This document shows positions 1 to 13,663 of a stretch of DNA of 64,000 nt, one piece after another. The position numbers were made by a program, and so were the translations under genes. Position 1 is the stretch's first letter. Each line of letters opens with the position of its first letter. The stretch comes from Isurus oxyrinchus (lineage: Eukaryota), in contig JANJGN010000001.1 of assembly GCA_026770705.1 (NCBI GenBank), positions 32,426,001-32,490,000 on the forward strand. The letters run 5' to 3'. Under the pieces are notes generated by a model. The model did not search any database. It saw only the letters and a list, made by a program, of their open reading frames with translations, and was not told the origin of the DNA.

Positions 1-49
1 GGTAAGATCACTGATGTTGCAGTTCTGGTTGCCATCTATTTTAAAAAAA

Positions 50-995
50 AAGCCACTGGAGGGTGCAAAAAGGGATTTGCAAGGGTGATGCCAGAACTAA
101 GTTATACCTATCAGGAAAGGATAAACGGGCTGAGTCTCTCTTCATTTGAAATGAGATGGGATGACAGGGCTTTGAATTTATGAAAGGTTGTGATATCGTC
201 AGAGTGGGTAGACTTTGCAAGTTTGGTGGCATTGGTGCATAGTCAGGTGGAAGGGGACCGTGCTTCTGCCCTGATTAAGTTCAGGGTGGGAAAGCCTCAT
301 GCCCACTTTAAGACCTTATCCCTGTCAATGCTGGTATTCAACCAGTAACAGGTGAGGGACTCACCTTGTGGGAAGCCTGTTGTGGCTTTTTGCAGACTTC
401 TGATCAAAGGAACACTGCCTGATCATGGGATGACTTTGGGAGGGATATAGGCCTTGCTACCAGACCCCTGTGAACCCCATCCCACCATCACCTACTTCTG
501 GCCTGGATCTTGGTCATCCTAGGCCTTGGCCGTGTGCATTACCAGTAGCAGCCATTGCTTCCCCTTATGGTGCTGCCCTGCAATCCACAGCTGCTGATTG
601 GCCAGCAACTCTCAAGTGGTGCAGGTTTCTTCAGGCCCATTGCTGCAGGCTTTCTGAACGACGTCGACACCAGGCTCTCGCTGGCTCTCCAGCCGGCTGG
701 TCAACCTCCCATGACTTCCATTAAATACCGCCCAGTGTGATTCCACTTGTGGGACAGAGCAAAGCTAGAGACCTTCAATAAAAGACAGTCACCAGGAAAT
801 CAAATAGAAAACTTAGAAGAAACGTCTTTACCCAAGGAGTGGAACTCACTAGCACAGAGTAGTTGAGGATAGATACATTTATTTCAGAGACAGGAGGAAC
901 AGAAGATTATGCTGAAAGTTAGATGAAAGATGAGTTGGAGCTGACATGAACTGGTGAGCTAAGTAGCCTATTTCTGTAGTTTACATTCTATGTAA
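50..995 (+). mobile_element. Old CR1 LINE 3' fragment interrupted by a GC-rich non-autonomous element (~200-760)
   Basis: Degenerate similarity to the 3' ends of CR1 copies at 2400-2900 and 4620-5070. Confidence 0.55.
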
Positions 996-1074
996 CAAAA
1001 GAACAGATGGCAAACAATTTCTTGGAACAATCAATGATTTCAAATGGAAATGGGATGGGCATCGCTCCTAACTC

Positions 1075-1122
1075 CTACCATGACATTGTCATCTTCCAAT
1101 TTCTGATGTCTATGACAAGAGT
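1075..1122 (-). CDS. Possible downstream exon (phase 0: TLVIDIRNWKMTMSW*)
   Basis: Strong acceptor TTAGCCTTTTCTTTCCAG; phase-compatible with the 6065-5995 exon; no homology evidence. Confidence 0.2.
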   Translation of the reverse strand, partial: TLVIDIRNWKMTMSW

Positions 1123-1289
1123 CTGGAAAGAAAAGGCTAAACTCTCCAAAAAAAATTATAAAAATATAACAGCCACATTCTTTACAGGAAACAGGCTTGT
1201 AATTAAGAAAACTGGGCAAAAATAGAGTTCCCCCTACCCCGTAAACAATTCCTTTGATAGCTCGTCGAGTAACATCCCCAAAATTCAAG

Positions 1290-2910
1290 AGAGTCAGGGC
1301 GCAGAGGTAAGTATGGTGGCCATTACCAAGGAGAAGGTGCTAGGAAAACTGAAAGGTATGAAGGTGGATAAATCAGCTGGACCAGATGGATTACACCCCA
1401 GAGTTCTGAAGGAGATAGCTGAAGAGATGGTGAAGGCACTAGTGGTGATCTTTCAGGAATCACTGGAGTCAGGGACGGTCCCAGAGGACTGGGAATTCAC
1501 TAATGTAAACCCCCTGTTTAAGAACGGAGTGAGGCAAAAGACGGGAAATTACAGGCCAATTAGCCTGACCTCAGTCGTTGGTAAGATTTTAGAGTCCATT
1601 ATTAAGGATGAGATTTCAGAATACTTGGAAGTACATGGTAAAATAGGGCAAAATCAGCATGGTTTCATCAAGGGGAGGTCATGCCTCACAAATCTGTTAG
1701 AATTCTTTGAGGAGGTAACTACAAAGGAGAGCCAATGGATGTTATCTATTTGGACTTCCAGAAGGCCTTTGACAAGGTGCTGCACAGGAGGTTGCTCAGT
1801 AAGTTAAGAGCCCATGCTGTTAGAGGCAAGGTACTAGCATGGATAGAAAATTGGCTGTCTGGCAGGAGGCAGAGAGTGGGGATGAGGGGGTCCTCAGGAT
1901 GGCGGCTGGTAACTAGTGGAGTTCCGCAGGGGTCTGTGTTGGGACCACAACTTATCACTTTATATTAATGATCTAGATGAAGGAACTCAGGGTATCCTGG
2001 CTAAGTTTGCAGATGATACAAAGATGGGTGGAGGGACAGGGAGTATTGAGGAGGCGGGGAGGCTGCAGAAGGATTTGGACAGATTAGGATAATGGGCAAA
2101 AAGTGGCAGATGGAAAATAACGTGGGGAAGTGTGAGGTCATGCACTTAGGAAGAATAAAGGCATAGACTATTTTCTAAATGGGGAGAGAATTCAGAAATT
2201 TGAAGTGCAAAGGGACTTGGGAGTCCTAATCCAGGATTCTCTTAAGGTTAACTTGCGGGTTGAGTCAGTAGGAAGGTAATGTTGGCATTTATTTCGAGAG
2301 AACTAGAATATAAAAGCAGGGATGTGCTGCTGAGGCTTTATAAGGCTCTGGTCAGACCACATTTAGAATATTGTGAGCAATTTTGGGTCCCGTATCTCAG
2401 GAAGGATGTTCTGGCCCTGGAGAGGGTCCAGAGGAGGTTCATGAGAACGATCCCAGGAATGAAAAGTTTAACATATGAGGAATGTTTGAGGACTCTGGGT
2501 CTATACTCGGACTTTAGAAGGATGAGGGCGGATCTGATTGAAACTTACAGAATACTGAAAGGCCTGGATGGAGTGGACGTGGGGAAGATATTTCCATTAG
2601 TAGGAGAGACTAGGACACGAGGGCACAGCCGCAGAGTAAAGGGAAGACCTTTTAGAACAGAGATGAGAAACTTCTTTAGCCAGAGAGTGGTGAGTCTATG
2701 GAATTCATTGTGACAGAAGGCTATGGATGTCAGGTCATTGAGTGTATTTAAGACTGAGATAGATAGGTTCTTGATTGGTATGGGGATCAAAGGTTATGGG
2801 GAGAAGGCAGGAGAATGGTGTTGAGAAACTTATCAGCTGTGATTGAATGGCGGGGCAGACTCGATGGGCCGAATGGCCTAATTTCTGCTCCTATGTCTTA
2901 TGGTCTCTTA
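1290..2910 (+). mobile_element. CR1-clade LINE, 5'-truncated, frameshifted ORF2 RT and 3' tail
   Basis: KSAGPDGLHPRVLKE, NYRPISLTSVVGK, QHGF…[33 protein letters not shown]; ends CTCCTATGTCTTATG. Confidence 0.95.
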
Positions 2911-3099
2911 TATTGCATGGTGTAATAAGTTGTACAGAAAGTTATGTTCCAGGTTTAGTTTTTATTGTGCAGCCTGCTGATTGCAGCTGGAGCTCATCAA
3001 CTGGCTCTGCATTGCATCCCTTTGTTGAGAAGGAAGGCAAAGAGCAGCTTTGGATTGAATTATCAAGAAATGTAAAATAGTAAGATATTTACAGGAACA

Positions 3100-5075
3100 T
3101 CAGTTTAGAAAACGGCTGTGATTGGAATAGGTCCTTTAAGGGATGGTCAGGATAATATCACAGGTAACGACTGATGGCAGAACTGTTAAATAATTATTCA
3201 GCTTCAGTATTTACCAGGAAGATGGAACTGGTAGACTTGATGTTGAACGATGAGATAAGCAATGAAATAATTGCATTTAAAATTTAAAAATGGGGCTGTA
3301 TTGAATAAACAGAGGATAAAGCCCCTCGTCCAGATGGATTGCATTTATGTATTTTAAAAGAACCTAGGGAAGAGATAGTAGAGGCACAACACATTGATTA
3401 ATCTGTTTGTAAAAGGTGAAGTGCCAGAGGACTGGAGGACAGCTAATGTAATTCCTTCATTTAAGGACAAAATATGCTCAGGGAATTATAGATCAGTTCT
3501 TTTAACATCAGTAGTAGGAATAATAATGAAATCCCTTCTAAAAGAGAGAATAGAAAAACACTTGGGAATTAAATATTTAATAATGAATAGTCCGCATGGA
3601 TTTCAAAAGGGAAAATCTTGTTTGGTCAACCTTACTGAATTTTTTGAGGTAACAGAGTAGACAATGGTAATGCAGTAAATGTAATTTATCTGGATTTTCA
3701 AAAATCCTTCAATAAGGTGCTCCATAATATACAAATGAATAAAGTCAGAGAATGTAAAGCCAGGGGACAAGTGGCTGAATGGGTTACTGGCAGACTTCCA
3801 GACAGAAAGCAAAGAGTGGGCATAAAGGATAGTTATTCAGAGTGGGAAGTGGTGTTTTGCAAGGATCAGTGTTGGCACCACTGTTATTCAGAGTTTACAT
3901 TAACAAATTGGACTTTGGAATCAAAAATACAATTTCTAAATTTGTGGATGGCATCAAATTGAGGGAGAGGAGATAGTCAATACTGAGGAAGACTGCAACA
4001 GGTTACAGAAGAACATCAATAAACTTGCAGAATGGACCAATAATTGACAAGTGAAGTTCAACATATAAATATGAGGTAGTATATTTTGATTGGAAGACTA
4101 GGAAGGTTGTTTATTACTTAGAGGGTGCAAATTTAGGTGGGCTAGATAATCAAAGGGTTCTCAGAGTACAAATGTAGCAATCACTAAAAGTTACATCACA
4201 AGCTAGCAAGAGCATTAAAAAATAACCAAGAAATAGACTTCAGAGGGATAGAATTAAAAAGTGGAGAAGTTATGCTAAGCCTGTATCAAACGTTAGACCA
4301 CGCTGCAGAGTATTGCATGTCGTTCCAGTCGTCATGTTTTAAAAGGATATGGAGGCACTGGAGAAGTTAGAGAAGATTTACAAGGTAATTAGTTAATTGT
4401 TCATAGTCCACAAAGAGCACAGACATCCTTCTTCATGAGAGAGAGAGTTGGTTATATATAGCTTGAGGGGTATCACTCTGCAAGCATGAGGCAAGGCAGG
4501 AGGCAGCCCTACGTGAACCACCACAGCCGGTATGGGAATTGAAGCGCACTTTTGGTATCATTCTGCAACATGCTCTAACCATCTAGCCAATTCAGCTATC
4601 CAACACCCTCACAGATTTACAGGGATGTTAACAGAACTGTGTGGGCATACATATCAGGAAAGGATTGACAAACTCTCTTTTTTTCTTGAAAAAAGCTGAG
4701 GGATGACCTAATGGAAGTCTTTAAAATTTTCATACAGTGGATACAGAGAGAATGTTTTCTCTTGTAGGGAAGAACACAATTATAATGTTACAATCTTAAA
4801 GTATAAAATAGTTACAATGAAACAAAATAGGGAATTTAGAAGAAACTTCTTCACTCAAAGAATGGTGAAAATGTGGAACTAGTTGCCACAAGTGTTGAAG
4901 CAAACAGCATAGGCACGTTTAAGGGGAGGTTAGACAAGCATATGAGGAAGAAGGGATTACAATGATACCTTTGGATGAAGAAAGATGGAACAGACTCGAG
5001 TGGAGCATAAATACTAGCATGAACTGGTTGGGCCAAATGGCTTGTTGGCATGCAATATAACCTATGTAATCCTGT
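3100..5075 (+). mobile_element. Older degenerate CR1 LINE ORF2 fragment
   Basis: VPEDWRTANV, NYRSV.LTSVVG, HGFQKGKSCLVNL; CR1-like 3' end; split by a SINE. Confidence 0.9.
4386..4612 (-). mobile_element. tRNA-derived SINE inserted in CR1
   Basis: Minus strand has A-box-like TAGCTGAATTGG and B-box-like GCTTCAATTCC; flanked by AGATTTACA(A/G)GG duplication at 4374-4385 and 4613-4624. Confidence 0.75.
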
Positions 5076-5994
5076 GCAAGGAGGAAATCAGCTAGGATTC
5101 CCACTCTTGGTTTCTAGCCTTGATGAAAAGTACATATTATGCAAATGTCAAGTCAGGTTAGGGTCTTGCTTGAGTCTGATGCAGTGCAGTTAAATTATGT
5201 GCCAGATACTTGAGGTCTGGTTAAGGGGCTAAAATGGTGGTCAGGCAGAGCCTGCTTTGTTTTTTCAATGCTAGCCTCTTTTTGCTTACCCTTCCCCAAC
5301 TAGATTTTAACTCCTGGATTTTCAACATTAAGGAGGAGGCTCTTAAATATACAAATGTCAGGATTCAAAGGCATAATTTGGGTATTTAGTCTCAAAGTTG
5401 AAAAAACAGGATTGGGCTAGTAAGGTCCAGGTAAGTATTATTTTATTCTAAATTTTGTAATGGCACCTTGTGGTCCAGGAGTGCTCCTCATGGACAAAAG
5501 GTGGGGATGTGGAACTGAGCGCTGTTACTCTTCCAAAGTGCAGCACAGGCATGATGGACTGAATAGCTCCCTTCTCTGCTGTAGGTTTCTCTGATACTAC
5601 CTTTAATGCGGGAAAATGTCCACAGCACTTCATTGAAGCATTATCAGAAACATTTTCATATCAAGTCACTTAGAGGTATTTAGATGAGGAAGAGCTTTGT
5701 CAAAGGGATAGATTTTAAGGAGTATCTTAAAGGACAAGAGAAAGGCAAATACTTTTAGGGAGAGAACTCCAGAACTTAGGGCCTGGGGAGTTGAACATGA
5801 AGAATAGTATACAGGACAAGGTATTGGACAGCTGCTGGCTACACATCCAGCCAGAGTCAGTGGCCTTTGGAAAAGGAATGGGAGGAGGAAATAAGGAAAA
5901 TAATAAAAAAATACAGCACAAATAGCAACACTACTTAACCCAATTCAATAAAATACAATACATTTTTTTTTAAAAGCATGAAGTGCGGGTTTAC

Positions 5995-6065
5995 CTCTTC
6001 ATTGGTTTGTACAGCAATATTTCTTTGGTCTTTCAGTAGGAAAACTGAACTTGGCTGTTGCTTTT
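5995..6065 (-). CDS. Alternative candidate cytoplasmic exon (E)KQQPSSVFLLKDQRNIAVQTNEE
   Basis: Acceptor CTAACTTATTATAG, donor GAG|GTAAAC; open in phase 1 to 0, compatible with the TM exon; lies in non-repeat DNA. Confidence 0.3.
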
Positions 6066-7044
6066 CTATAATAAGTTAGAAATCATAAAACATACTTAGG
6101 ACTTATAATAAATACACTCCCACCAGGTTTCTAATTTTCTCATTTATGTCTTTTTGTTGAATGTGGTGCTGGTTGCTTTAAGATCAGAGAACTATCCTTA
6201 TCTTAGCTACCACCCAAAGCCTTGAGTAGGAATCTCCCAATGCAGTTATAAACAGTGAACTTTTGTTAGAAGTAATACTCAACATGTTTCATAAAGTATT
6301 AAAAATGTTTAAGATGCTGTTGGCAAATGGGTTGAAATAAAGAACAACATTTGTAAAATCAAAGGGAAACACATCAAGTGTGAGACTGGAACTGGTTCTT
6401 TAGTTCCTGTAAATGATATCACAATGCCCAGTCATATGCAAACACTAATATATCTCTTAATATGAGATCAAAGATGCCATTGTCACATTTTAATAATTGA
6501 GGATCTAAATGAAAGAACATCCTATTTCTTGAATAGGGAAGATCCAAGCAATAGGTGTCCAGATGATTTTATGTTTTATACATTCACCATTTATTGTCAC
6601 CTACAACAAAATGGCATACTCCAGCACCAATCTACCATGCCCAATAATCATCCCCTGTCTTTTGTAATCCTGTCAGTTGCCACCACTTCTAACATGGCTC
6701 AGAGACGCCACCTTAGTTACACTTACACAAACACTTCTAAAATGTTTCTTTAGTTTGAATGTTCTAAAATCAGTCAAATTATAGAATTGTTTGTTGTTGC
6801 TTAGCATTCATACATGACACGTCTGAAATATGATAGTATTTGGTGGTCATGTTTACCTGATCCTCTTTGTTTTTGAACAATTACAACATCCACCATTCTT
6901 TACTCTGCTTCTGCTAGTAATACCTGAAGTCTCCGGCATACAGTTTACCTCAAATGCTTGAGCGCCACCTTTCCTTCTTACTTATACAAATGTATCATTT
7001 CCTACAAAATATTCCTATAAAAGGTTCTACAGCATCAGGATTTT

Positions 7045-8480
7045 AAAAAATTCTTTCATGCGGTGTGGGGGTTGCTGGCAAAGGCTGCATTTGTTGCCCA
7101 TCCCCAATTTCCCTTGAGAAGCTAGTGGTGAGCCGCTTTCTTGAACCGCCACAATCTATGTGTTTCAAATAAACCCACTGTACTGTTAGGGAGGGAGTTC
7201 AAATTTTGATCCAACTAAGGAAGGAATGGCGATATAATTCCAAGTCAGGATGGTGTGTGACTTGGTTGGGAATTTACAGGTGGTGATGTTCCAATGCACT
7301 TGCTGCCCTTGTTTTTCTAGCTAGTAGAGGTTGTGGCTCTGGAAGTTGCTGTCAAAGGAGCCTTGGTGCATTGCTGCAGTGCATATTGTAAAAGGTACAC
7401 ACTGCTGCCACTGTGCATCAGTGGTGGAGGGGGTGCCGGTCAAGTGGGCTGCTTTGTCTTGGATGATGTCAATCTTCTTAAGTGTTATAGGAGCCACGCT
7501 CATCCAGGTAAGTGAAGACTATTCCATCACAATCCCGTCTTGTGGATGGTGGATAGGATTTCGGGAGTCAGGAGGTGAAGTTATTCACCACAGAATTCCC
7601 AGCCTCTGACCTGTACTTGCAGCCACACTATTTATATGGCTGCTTCAATTCTGTTTCTGGTCAGTGGTAACCCCCAGCATGCTGATAGTGGGGGTTTCAG
7701 CAATGCTAATGCCATTGAATGTCAAGGGGAGAGAGTTAGGTTCTCTAATGTTGGAAATTATCTTTGCCTGGTACTTGTGTAGCACAAATGTTAACCTGCC
7801 ACTTATGAGCCTAAGCCTGAATATTTTCAAGGCCTTGCTGCATATGAACACAGACTACTTCAGTGTCTGAGGAGTTGTGAATGGTTTTGAACATTGTGCA
7901 ATCATCAGTGAGCATCCTCACCTTATGGTGGAAGGAAGGTCATTGATAAAACAGTTGAACACGATTGAGCTAAGGACACTACCCTGAGGAACTCCTGCAG
8001 TGACGTCCTGGGACTGAGATGACTGACCTCCAACAACCACAATCATCTTCCTGTGTGTTAGGAATGACTCCAGCCATTGGAGAGTTTTCCTCCTGATCCC
8101 CATGGACTCCAGTTTTGCTAGGGCTCCTTGATGCCACACTTAGTGTCACAGCAGTGGATTACGGCCCTGAATTACTTATGGGCAAATTGCACATTTTAAG
8201 GAAGACGTGTTTTTTAAAAAGACATAACAAGCAAAGACACTGAGCAAAAGATAGCCGAGAATGTAAAGTAACTACTTTCTGGAAAATTCCTATGTGGGTT
8301 ATACTTGACAGCTTAGTCCCAAGAGAACATGGAATGTCACAGGTAAAAATGTTTCAAGGCCTACTTCAGACACTCTTATTTCACCCCTTTAGTTCAGCTC
8401 TTTTGTTCATGTTTGAACCAAGGCTGTGGTGAGGTCAGGAGCAAAACGGCCCTGACAGAACCCAAACTGAACATCAGTGA
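7045..8480 (-). mobile_element. LINE family B (CR1/L2 group) RT and 3' tail, with a short insertion at ~8143-8370
   Basis: WHQGALAKL…AGVPQGSVL…FINDLPS; tail shared with copies at 12630, 32795, 40640, 42890, 59200, 60900. Confidence 0.85.
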
Positions 8481-8499
8481 GGTCCCAGTTGTGACATAG

Positions 8500-11050
8500 A
8501 TCTTTCAAACTTCGAGTGAGTTAAATAGCCTTGTTAAACAGGGAGCTGCATGTCAGTGACAATTATCTGTCAATCAGATGAAATTGGTTCAATAGGTGTT
8601 AATTACTGTAGCAGGAAGCGAAGCTAGCTCGTGACTCATCAGGTGCTCTATATAAGAAGACAGGTTTTTCAAAACTACATGCAGTGAGGGGATGCATGGA
8701 GAGGAGACCATGCCAGAGTGAGACACAGTGTTTATAGTTGGGAATTTGGTTCAGGTGGGAATTCAATGCAGAGGAACAATGAGGTGCTCCTTTTTCTACT
8801 TTTTTTCAGCCTCCAGCTGTTGGTGTGTTTTCTTCCTTTGTCTCCAAGCTGGGTGAGTGCAACTTTCTATTAATGTGTAAATTAGTAACCAATTGACTAA
8901 TTAAATAAATAAGTTTGGACAGAAATGCAGGGCTGGTGGTGTGCTGTGACTGCAGCATATGGGAACCTGTAATCCCAGACAACTATATCTACAGTAAGTG
9001 TTTGCAACTTGGGCAACTTTGACTCAGAGTTACTGAGCTGGAGTCTGAGTTTTGGATATTGTGTAGCATCAGGGAGGGGAATGTTACCTGGGCACTTTGT
9101 TCCAGGAGGCAGTCACTCCTCTTAGTCAGGACCTTAGAGTTGGTCAATGGTCAGGGACAGGAGGATGTGACTGTGAGTCAGGCAGGGATGGGGAATCAGT
9201 GTTTAGGGACAGAGGAGCTTCAGCCCCTGAATTTTTTAAATGGGTATGAGGTGCTTGCTACCTGTGTGGATGAGGAGAAGGTCTGCAAGGTGGGTGAATG
9301 GACTGGCCGTGGCACCGTAATGAAGGATAGCATTCAAGTGGGGGGAGTGAAGAGGAATGTCATAGGAGACAGTATAGTCAGGAGAATAGATACTGTTCTC
9401 TGCAGCCATGACTGGGAGCTCTGAAGGTCATGTTGCCTGCCTAGTGCCAGGGTTAAGGAGTTTTCCTTGTGGCTGGAGAGGAACTTGGAGTGGGAGGGGA
9501 GGATCCAGTTGTCATGGTCTACATGGTAACCAGTGACATAGGTAGAATCAGGAATGATGTTCTGCTAAGAGAATTTGAGGAGTTAGGGTCCAACTTAAAA
9601 AGCAGAGCATCATTTCTGGATTCAAAAATACCTGGAAAAACTCAGCAGGCAGCCTTCCAGACTGAATATTGAGTTCAACAATTTTAGATCATGAACTCTC
9701 TCCTCCATCCCCACCCCCTTTCTGATCCCCCTTTTTTTTCCAATAATTTATATAGTTTTTTCTTTTCCCACCTATTTCCATTATTTTTAAATGTATTTCC
9801 ATCCATTGTTTTATCTCGGCCTTTTAGCCTATTTCGATCCCTTCCCCCCACCCCACCCCCACTAGGGCTATCTGTACCTTTATTATCACATTCCTTAGAT
9901 AATATCACCAGCTTCAACACCTCTTTGTCCTTTTGTCTATGACATATCTTGGTTATCTCCACCTATCACTGGCCCTCTATCCAGCTCTACCTGTCCCACC
10001 ACCCATTAAACCAGCTTATATTTCACCTCTTTTCTATTTTTCCTTAGTTCTGTTGAAAAGTCATACGGATTTGAAACGTTAACTGTGTTCCTCTCCACAG
10101 ATGCTGCCAGACCTGCTGAGTTTTTCCAGGTATTTTTGTTTTTGTTTTGGATTTCCAACATCTGCAGTGTTTTGCTTTTATCATTTCTGGATTGTTATCT
10201 GAGCCATGTGCCAATTGGCATAAAGTCAAGCAGATTACAGAATTGAATACATAGCTCAGAGCGGTGTGGGAAGAAGGGGTTTCAATTCATGGGGCACTGT
10301 CAACAGTACTTGGGTAAGAGTGAGCTATTCCTTTGGGATGGGCTCTGCTTGAAGCAGTTTGGGACCAGTGTCCTGACCAGTTGTATAACAAGGTCTGTGG
10401 ACAGGGCTTTAAACAAAAGGGGTGGTGGGGATGGGGAGCGGGGGTGGGGGGGGGGTGGGGGGTGGCAGGGCAGAGGTTTTTGCGGGGAGAGAGTTCGGGT
10501 GAAGGGAGATTTAGAAATCCAAAGAGAAGGCTTGAGACATTGTAATAGTATAGCAATGGAGGTAAAGACAAACAGAGTGGAATAGGATGGACAGAAAGTT
10601 TAACAATTGTGCATTTGTGAATTAGGTCAACAGGAAACAGCAGTAAAAAATGAAATTAAAGGTTCTTTATCCGAATGTGTGAAGTATCTGAATGAGATAG
10701 ATGAACAAATGGCGGTAAAGGATTTAGATCTAATCGCCATTACCAAGACTTGGTTGTAAGGTGGGAAATAAATATTCCACAGTAAACAATATTTCGGAAA
10801 GAAAGACAGAATGGCAAAGGAGGAGGAGTAGCCCTGATAGTAAAGGATAACATAAGGACATCAGTGAGAAAGGATCTGGTCTCTGAAGATCATGAAGTAG
10901 AATAAATGGGAATTAGGAATATCAAGAGTCGTAAAACACTGGTGGGAGTAGTTTATAGGCCCCCTAACAGTAATTATGCTGTTGGGTAAAACATTAATAA
11001 ATAAATTATTAGAGCTTGTAACAATGGAAATGTAATAATTCTGGGGCACT
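8500..11050 (+). mobile_element. CR1 LINE 5' portion: 5'UTR, ORF1 (SGNH esterase-like) and start of the endonuclease; split by a Penelope-like insertion
   Basis: VIGDSIVRRID, CCLPSARVK, DPVVMV…TSDIG, LFLWDGL; endonuclease remnants (DLIAITKTWL, RQNGKGGGVAL, VYRPP). Confidence 0.85.
9623..10179 (+). mobile_element. Penelope-like element family A, tail-only insertion with a short inverted 5' piece
   Basis: 14-bp target duplication ATCATTTCTGGATT at 9609-9622 and 10180-10193; 9623-9649 is the reverse complement of 10112-10138. Confidence 0.88.
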
Positions 11051-12474
11051 TTACAAGCCTACCGACTCCCACAGCTACCTCAACTGCAGCTCCTCACGCC
11101 CCACTTCCTGTAAGGACTCCATCCCATTCTCTCAGTTCCTTCACCTCCGTCACATCTGTTCTGATGATGCTACCTTCAAAAACAGTTCCTCTGACATGTC
11201 CTCCTTCTTCCTTAACCGAGGTTTTCCACCCACGGTCGTTGACAGGGCCCTCAACCGTGTTCGGCCCATCTCCCGTGCATCCGCCCTCACACCTTCTCCT
11301 CCCTCCCAGAAACATGATAGGGTCCCCCTTGTCCTCACTTATCACCCCACCAGCCTCCGCATTCAAAGGATCATCCTCTGCCATTTCTGCCAACTCCAGC
11401 ATGATGCCACCACCAAACATATCTTCCCTTCACCACCCCCTGGTGGCATTCCGTAGGGATAGTTCCCTCCGGGACACCCTGGTCCACTCCTCCATCACCC
11501 CCTACTCCTCAACCCCCACCTATGGCACCTCCCCATGCCCACACAAAAGATGCAACACCTGCCCCTTCACTTCCTCTCTCCTCACCGTCCAAGGGCCCAA
11601 ACACTCCTTTCAAGTGAAGCAGCATTTCACTTGCATTTCCCCCAACTTAGTCTACTGCATTCGTTGCTCCCAATGCGGTCTCCTCTACATTGGAGAGACC
11701 AAACGTAAACTAGGCGACCGCTTTGCAGAACACCTGCGGTCTGTCCACAAGAATGACCCAAACCTCCCTGTCGCTTGCCATTTTAACACTCCACCCTGCT
11801 CTCTTGCCCACATGTCTGTCCTTGGCTTGCTGCATTGTTCCAGTGAAGCCCAATGCAAACTGGAGGAACAGCACCTCATCTTCCGACTAGGCACTTTACA
11901 GCCTTCCGGACTGAATATTGAATTCAACAACTTTAGATCTTGACCTCCCTCATCCATCCCCACCCCCTTTCTGTTTCTTCCCCCTTCCTTTTGTTTTTTT
12001 CCAATAATTTATATAGATTTTTCTTTTCCCACCTATTTCCATTACTTTTAAATCTTTTATGCCCCCTCACCCCCACTAGAGCTATACCTTGAGTGTCCTA
12101 CCATCCGTTCTTAATTAGCACATTCATTTAGATAATATCACCAACTTCAACACCTCTGTGTTCTTTTGTGACATCTTTTGATTATCTGCTCCTATCACTG
12201 CTTGCTTGTCCCTACAACCACACCACCCCTCCTCCACTTCTCTCCCCCCACCCAACACACACCACCACACCCGCCCCCCCCCCCCCCCCCACCCCACCTT
12301 AAACCGGCTTTATTTCACCCCTCTCCTTGGATTCACCCAGTTCTGCTGAAGGGTCATGAGGACTCGAAATGTCAACTCTTTTCTTCTCTGCCGATGCTGC
12401 CAGACCTGCTGAGGTTTTCCAGGTAATTCTGTTTTTATTTTGGATTTCCAGCATCTGCAGTTTTTTGTTTTTAT
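11051..12474 (+). mobile_element. Penelope-like element family A: RT C-terminal remnant, GIY-YIG endonuclease and tail
   Basis: ORF 11164-11943: CPHKRCNTC, VYCIRCSQCGLLYIGETKRKLGDRFAEH, HFN, EEQHLIFRLGTLQPSGLN. Confidence 0.93.
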
Positions 12475-12475
12475 C

Positions 12476-13260
12476 CCTTGTGCCTTAACTGGCCTATAAT
12501 TTCAGTGTTTTCGAGACTCACTTGCTCTCTCTTCTAACTTTGGCTGTGATTCTCCCCCTACTGAACCTCCTCTCAGGATCCCACCCCCCCCTGCCAAGTT
12601 AGTTTCAATGTAAGGTGTTTGATAGGGGTTTTTATTTACTCATTTCTGGGATATGAGCATTACTGGCTAGGTCAGTATTTATTGCCCATCCCTAATTACC
12701 CTTAAAAAGGTGGCGGTGAGCTGCCTTCTTGGACCGCTTGAACAGTGTTGTTAAGGAGGGAGTTCCAAGGTTTTGACCCAGTGGCACTGAAGGAATGGTG
12801 CCATATTTCCAAGTCAGGATAGTGAGTGGCTTGGAGGGAAACTTCCAGGTGGTGGTGGCATTCCCATATATCTGCTGCCCTTGTCCTTCTAGATGATAGT
12901 GGGTTTGGAGATACTGAGAGATTGCTTCTGCTGGTCAGGGATTCTGAAACATGAGGAAACAGTCTCAGAAAACTGGCTGATTGTTTGTGACTCAGATGAG
13001 GAGAAATTATTTCAGTCAAAGGTTTGTGAATCTTTGGAATTCTCTACCCCAGAGGGTTGTGGATGCTCCATCATTGAATACATTTAAGGCTGGCATAGAC
13101 AGATTTTTGGTTTATCAGGGAATCAAGGGATTTGTGGAGTGGGCAGGAAAATGGAGTTGAAGCCCAAGATCAGCCATGATTACAGTGAATGTTGGAGCAG
13201 GGTCAACAAGCCATGTGGTCTACTCCTGCTCCTATTTCTTTTGTTGTTCTGTTCCTATTT
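12476..13260. mobile_element. Mosaic of LINE fragments: CR1 (-), LINE-B 3' tail (-, ~12630-12890), CR1 3' end (+, ~12900-13260)
   Basis: Similarity to other copies in the window. Confidence 0.7.
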
Positions 13261-13663
13261 GATAAATGCTTCAGCAATGCACTACTGGATGGCTGGAAAT
13301 GAGCCACAGCCGGAAAAATTGAGAGCAGTAGTGACCTTGTCAACCACTTGAAATGGTGTCTGTATGAAGTGAGATAGCAGGATGGAGCTTTGCTATCTAC
13401 AGCAGCAACAGTCCATTCTCTCCAAAAGCTGCCTTCTCTTCAAAGAGGATTTCTTCAATGATTCTTTGCAGAATAATTGTAGCTATTGTTTTATGGGCAT
13501 GACGTAATCTAACTTTGCAGTGATATATGCATTATGCAAAATTAGAGATGCCATTATTTTGTATAGATTCACAATGTAATTGGCTGTCCTACTCTCAAGG
13601 AACTGTTTTGGTTGCCCTTTGCTGATTTCTAAAACACTCCAATCCTCAGACTTACAACATTAT

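Noticed and set aside
4500-4612. tRNA gene (also 38701-38780)
   Set aside because: Only A/B-box-like remnants without a full cloverleaf; both are heads of retroposed elements.
6855-7016. Cluster of minus-strand splice-like sites
   Set aside because: Most frames contain stops and no consistent phase chain with the Ig gene could be built.
11094-11420. Repeated ORF MFGGGIMLELAEMAEDD… (also 22239-22565 and the start of 22039)
   Set aside because: It is the antisense frame of the Penelope-like coding region and recurs only because the element is repeated.
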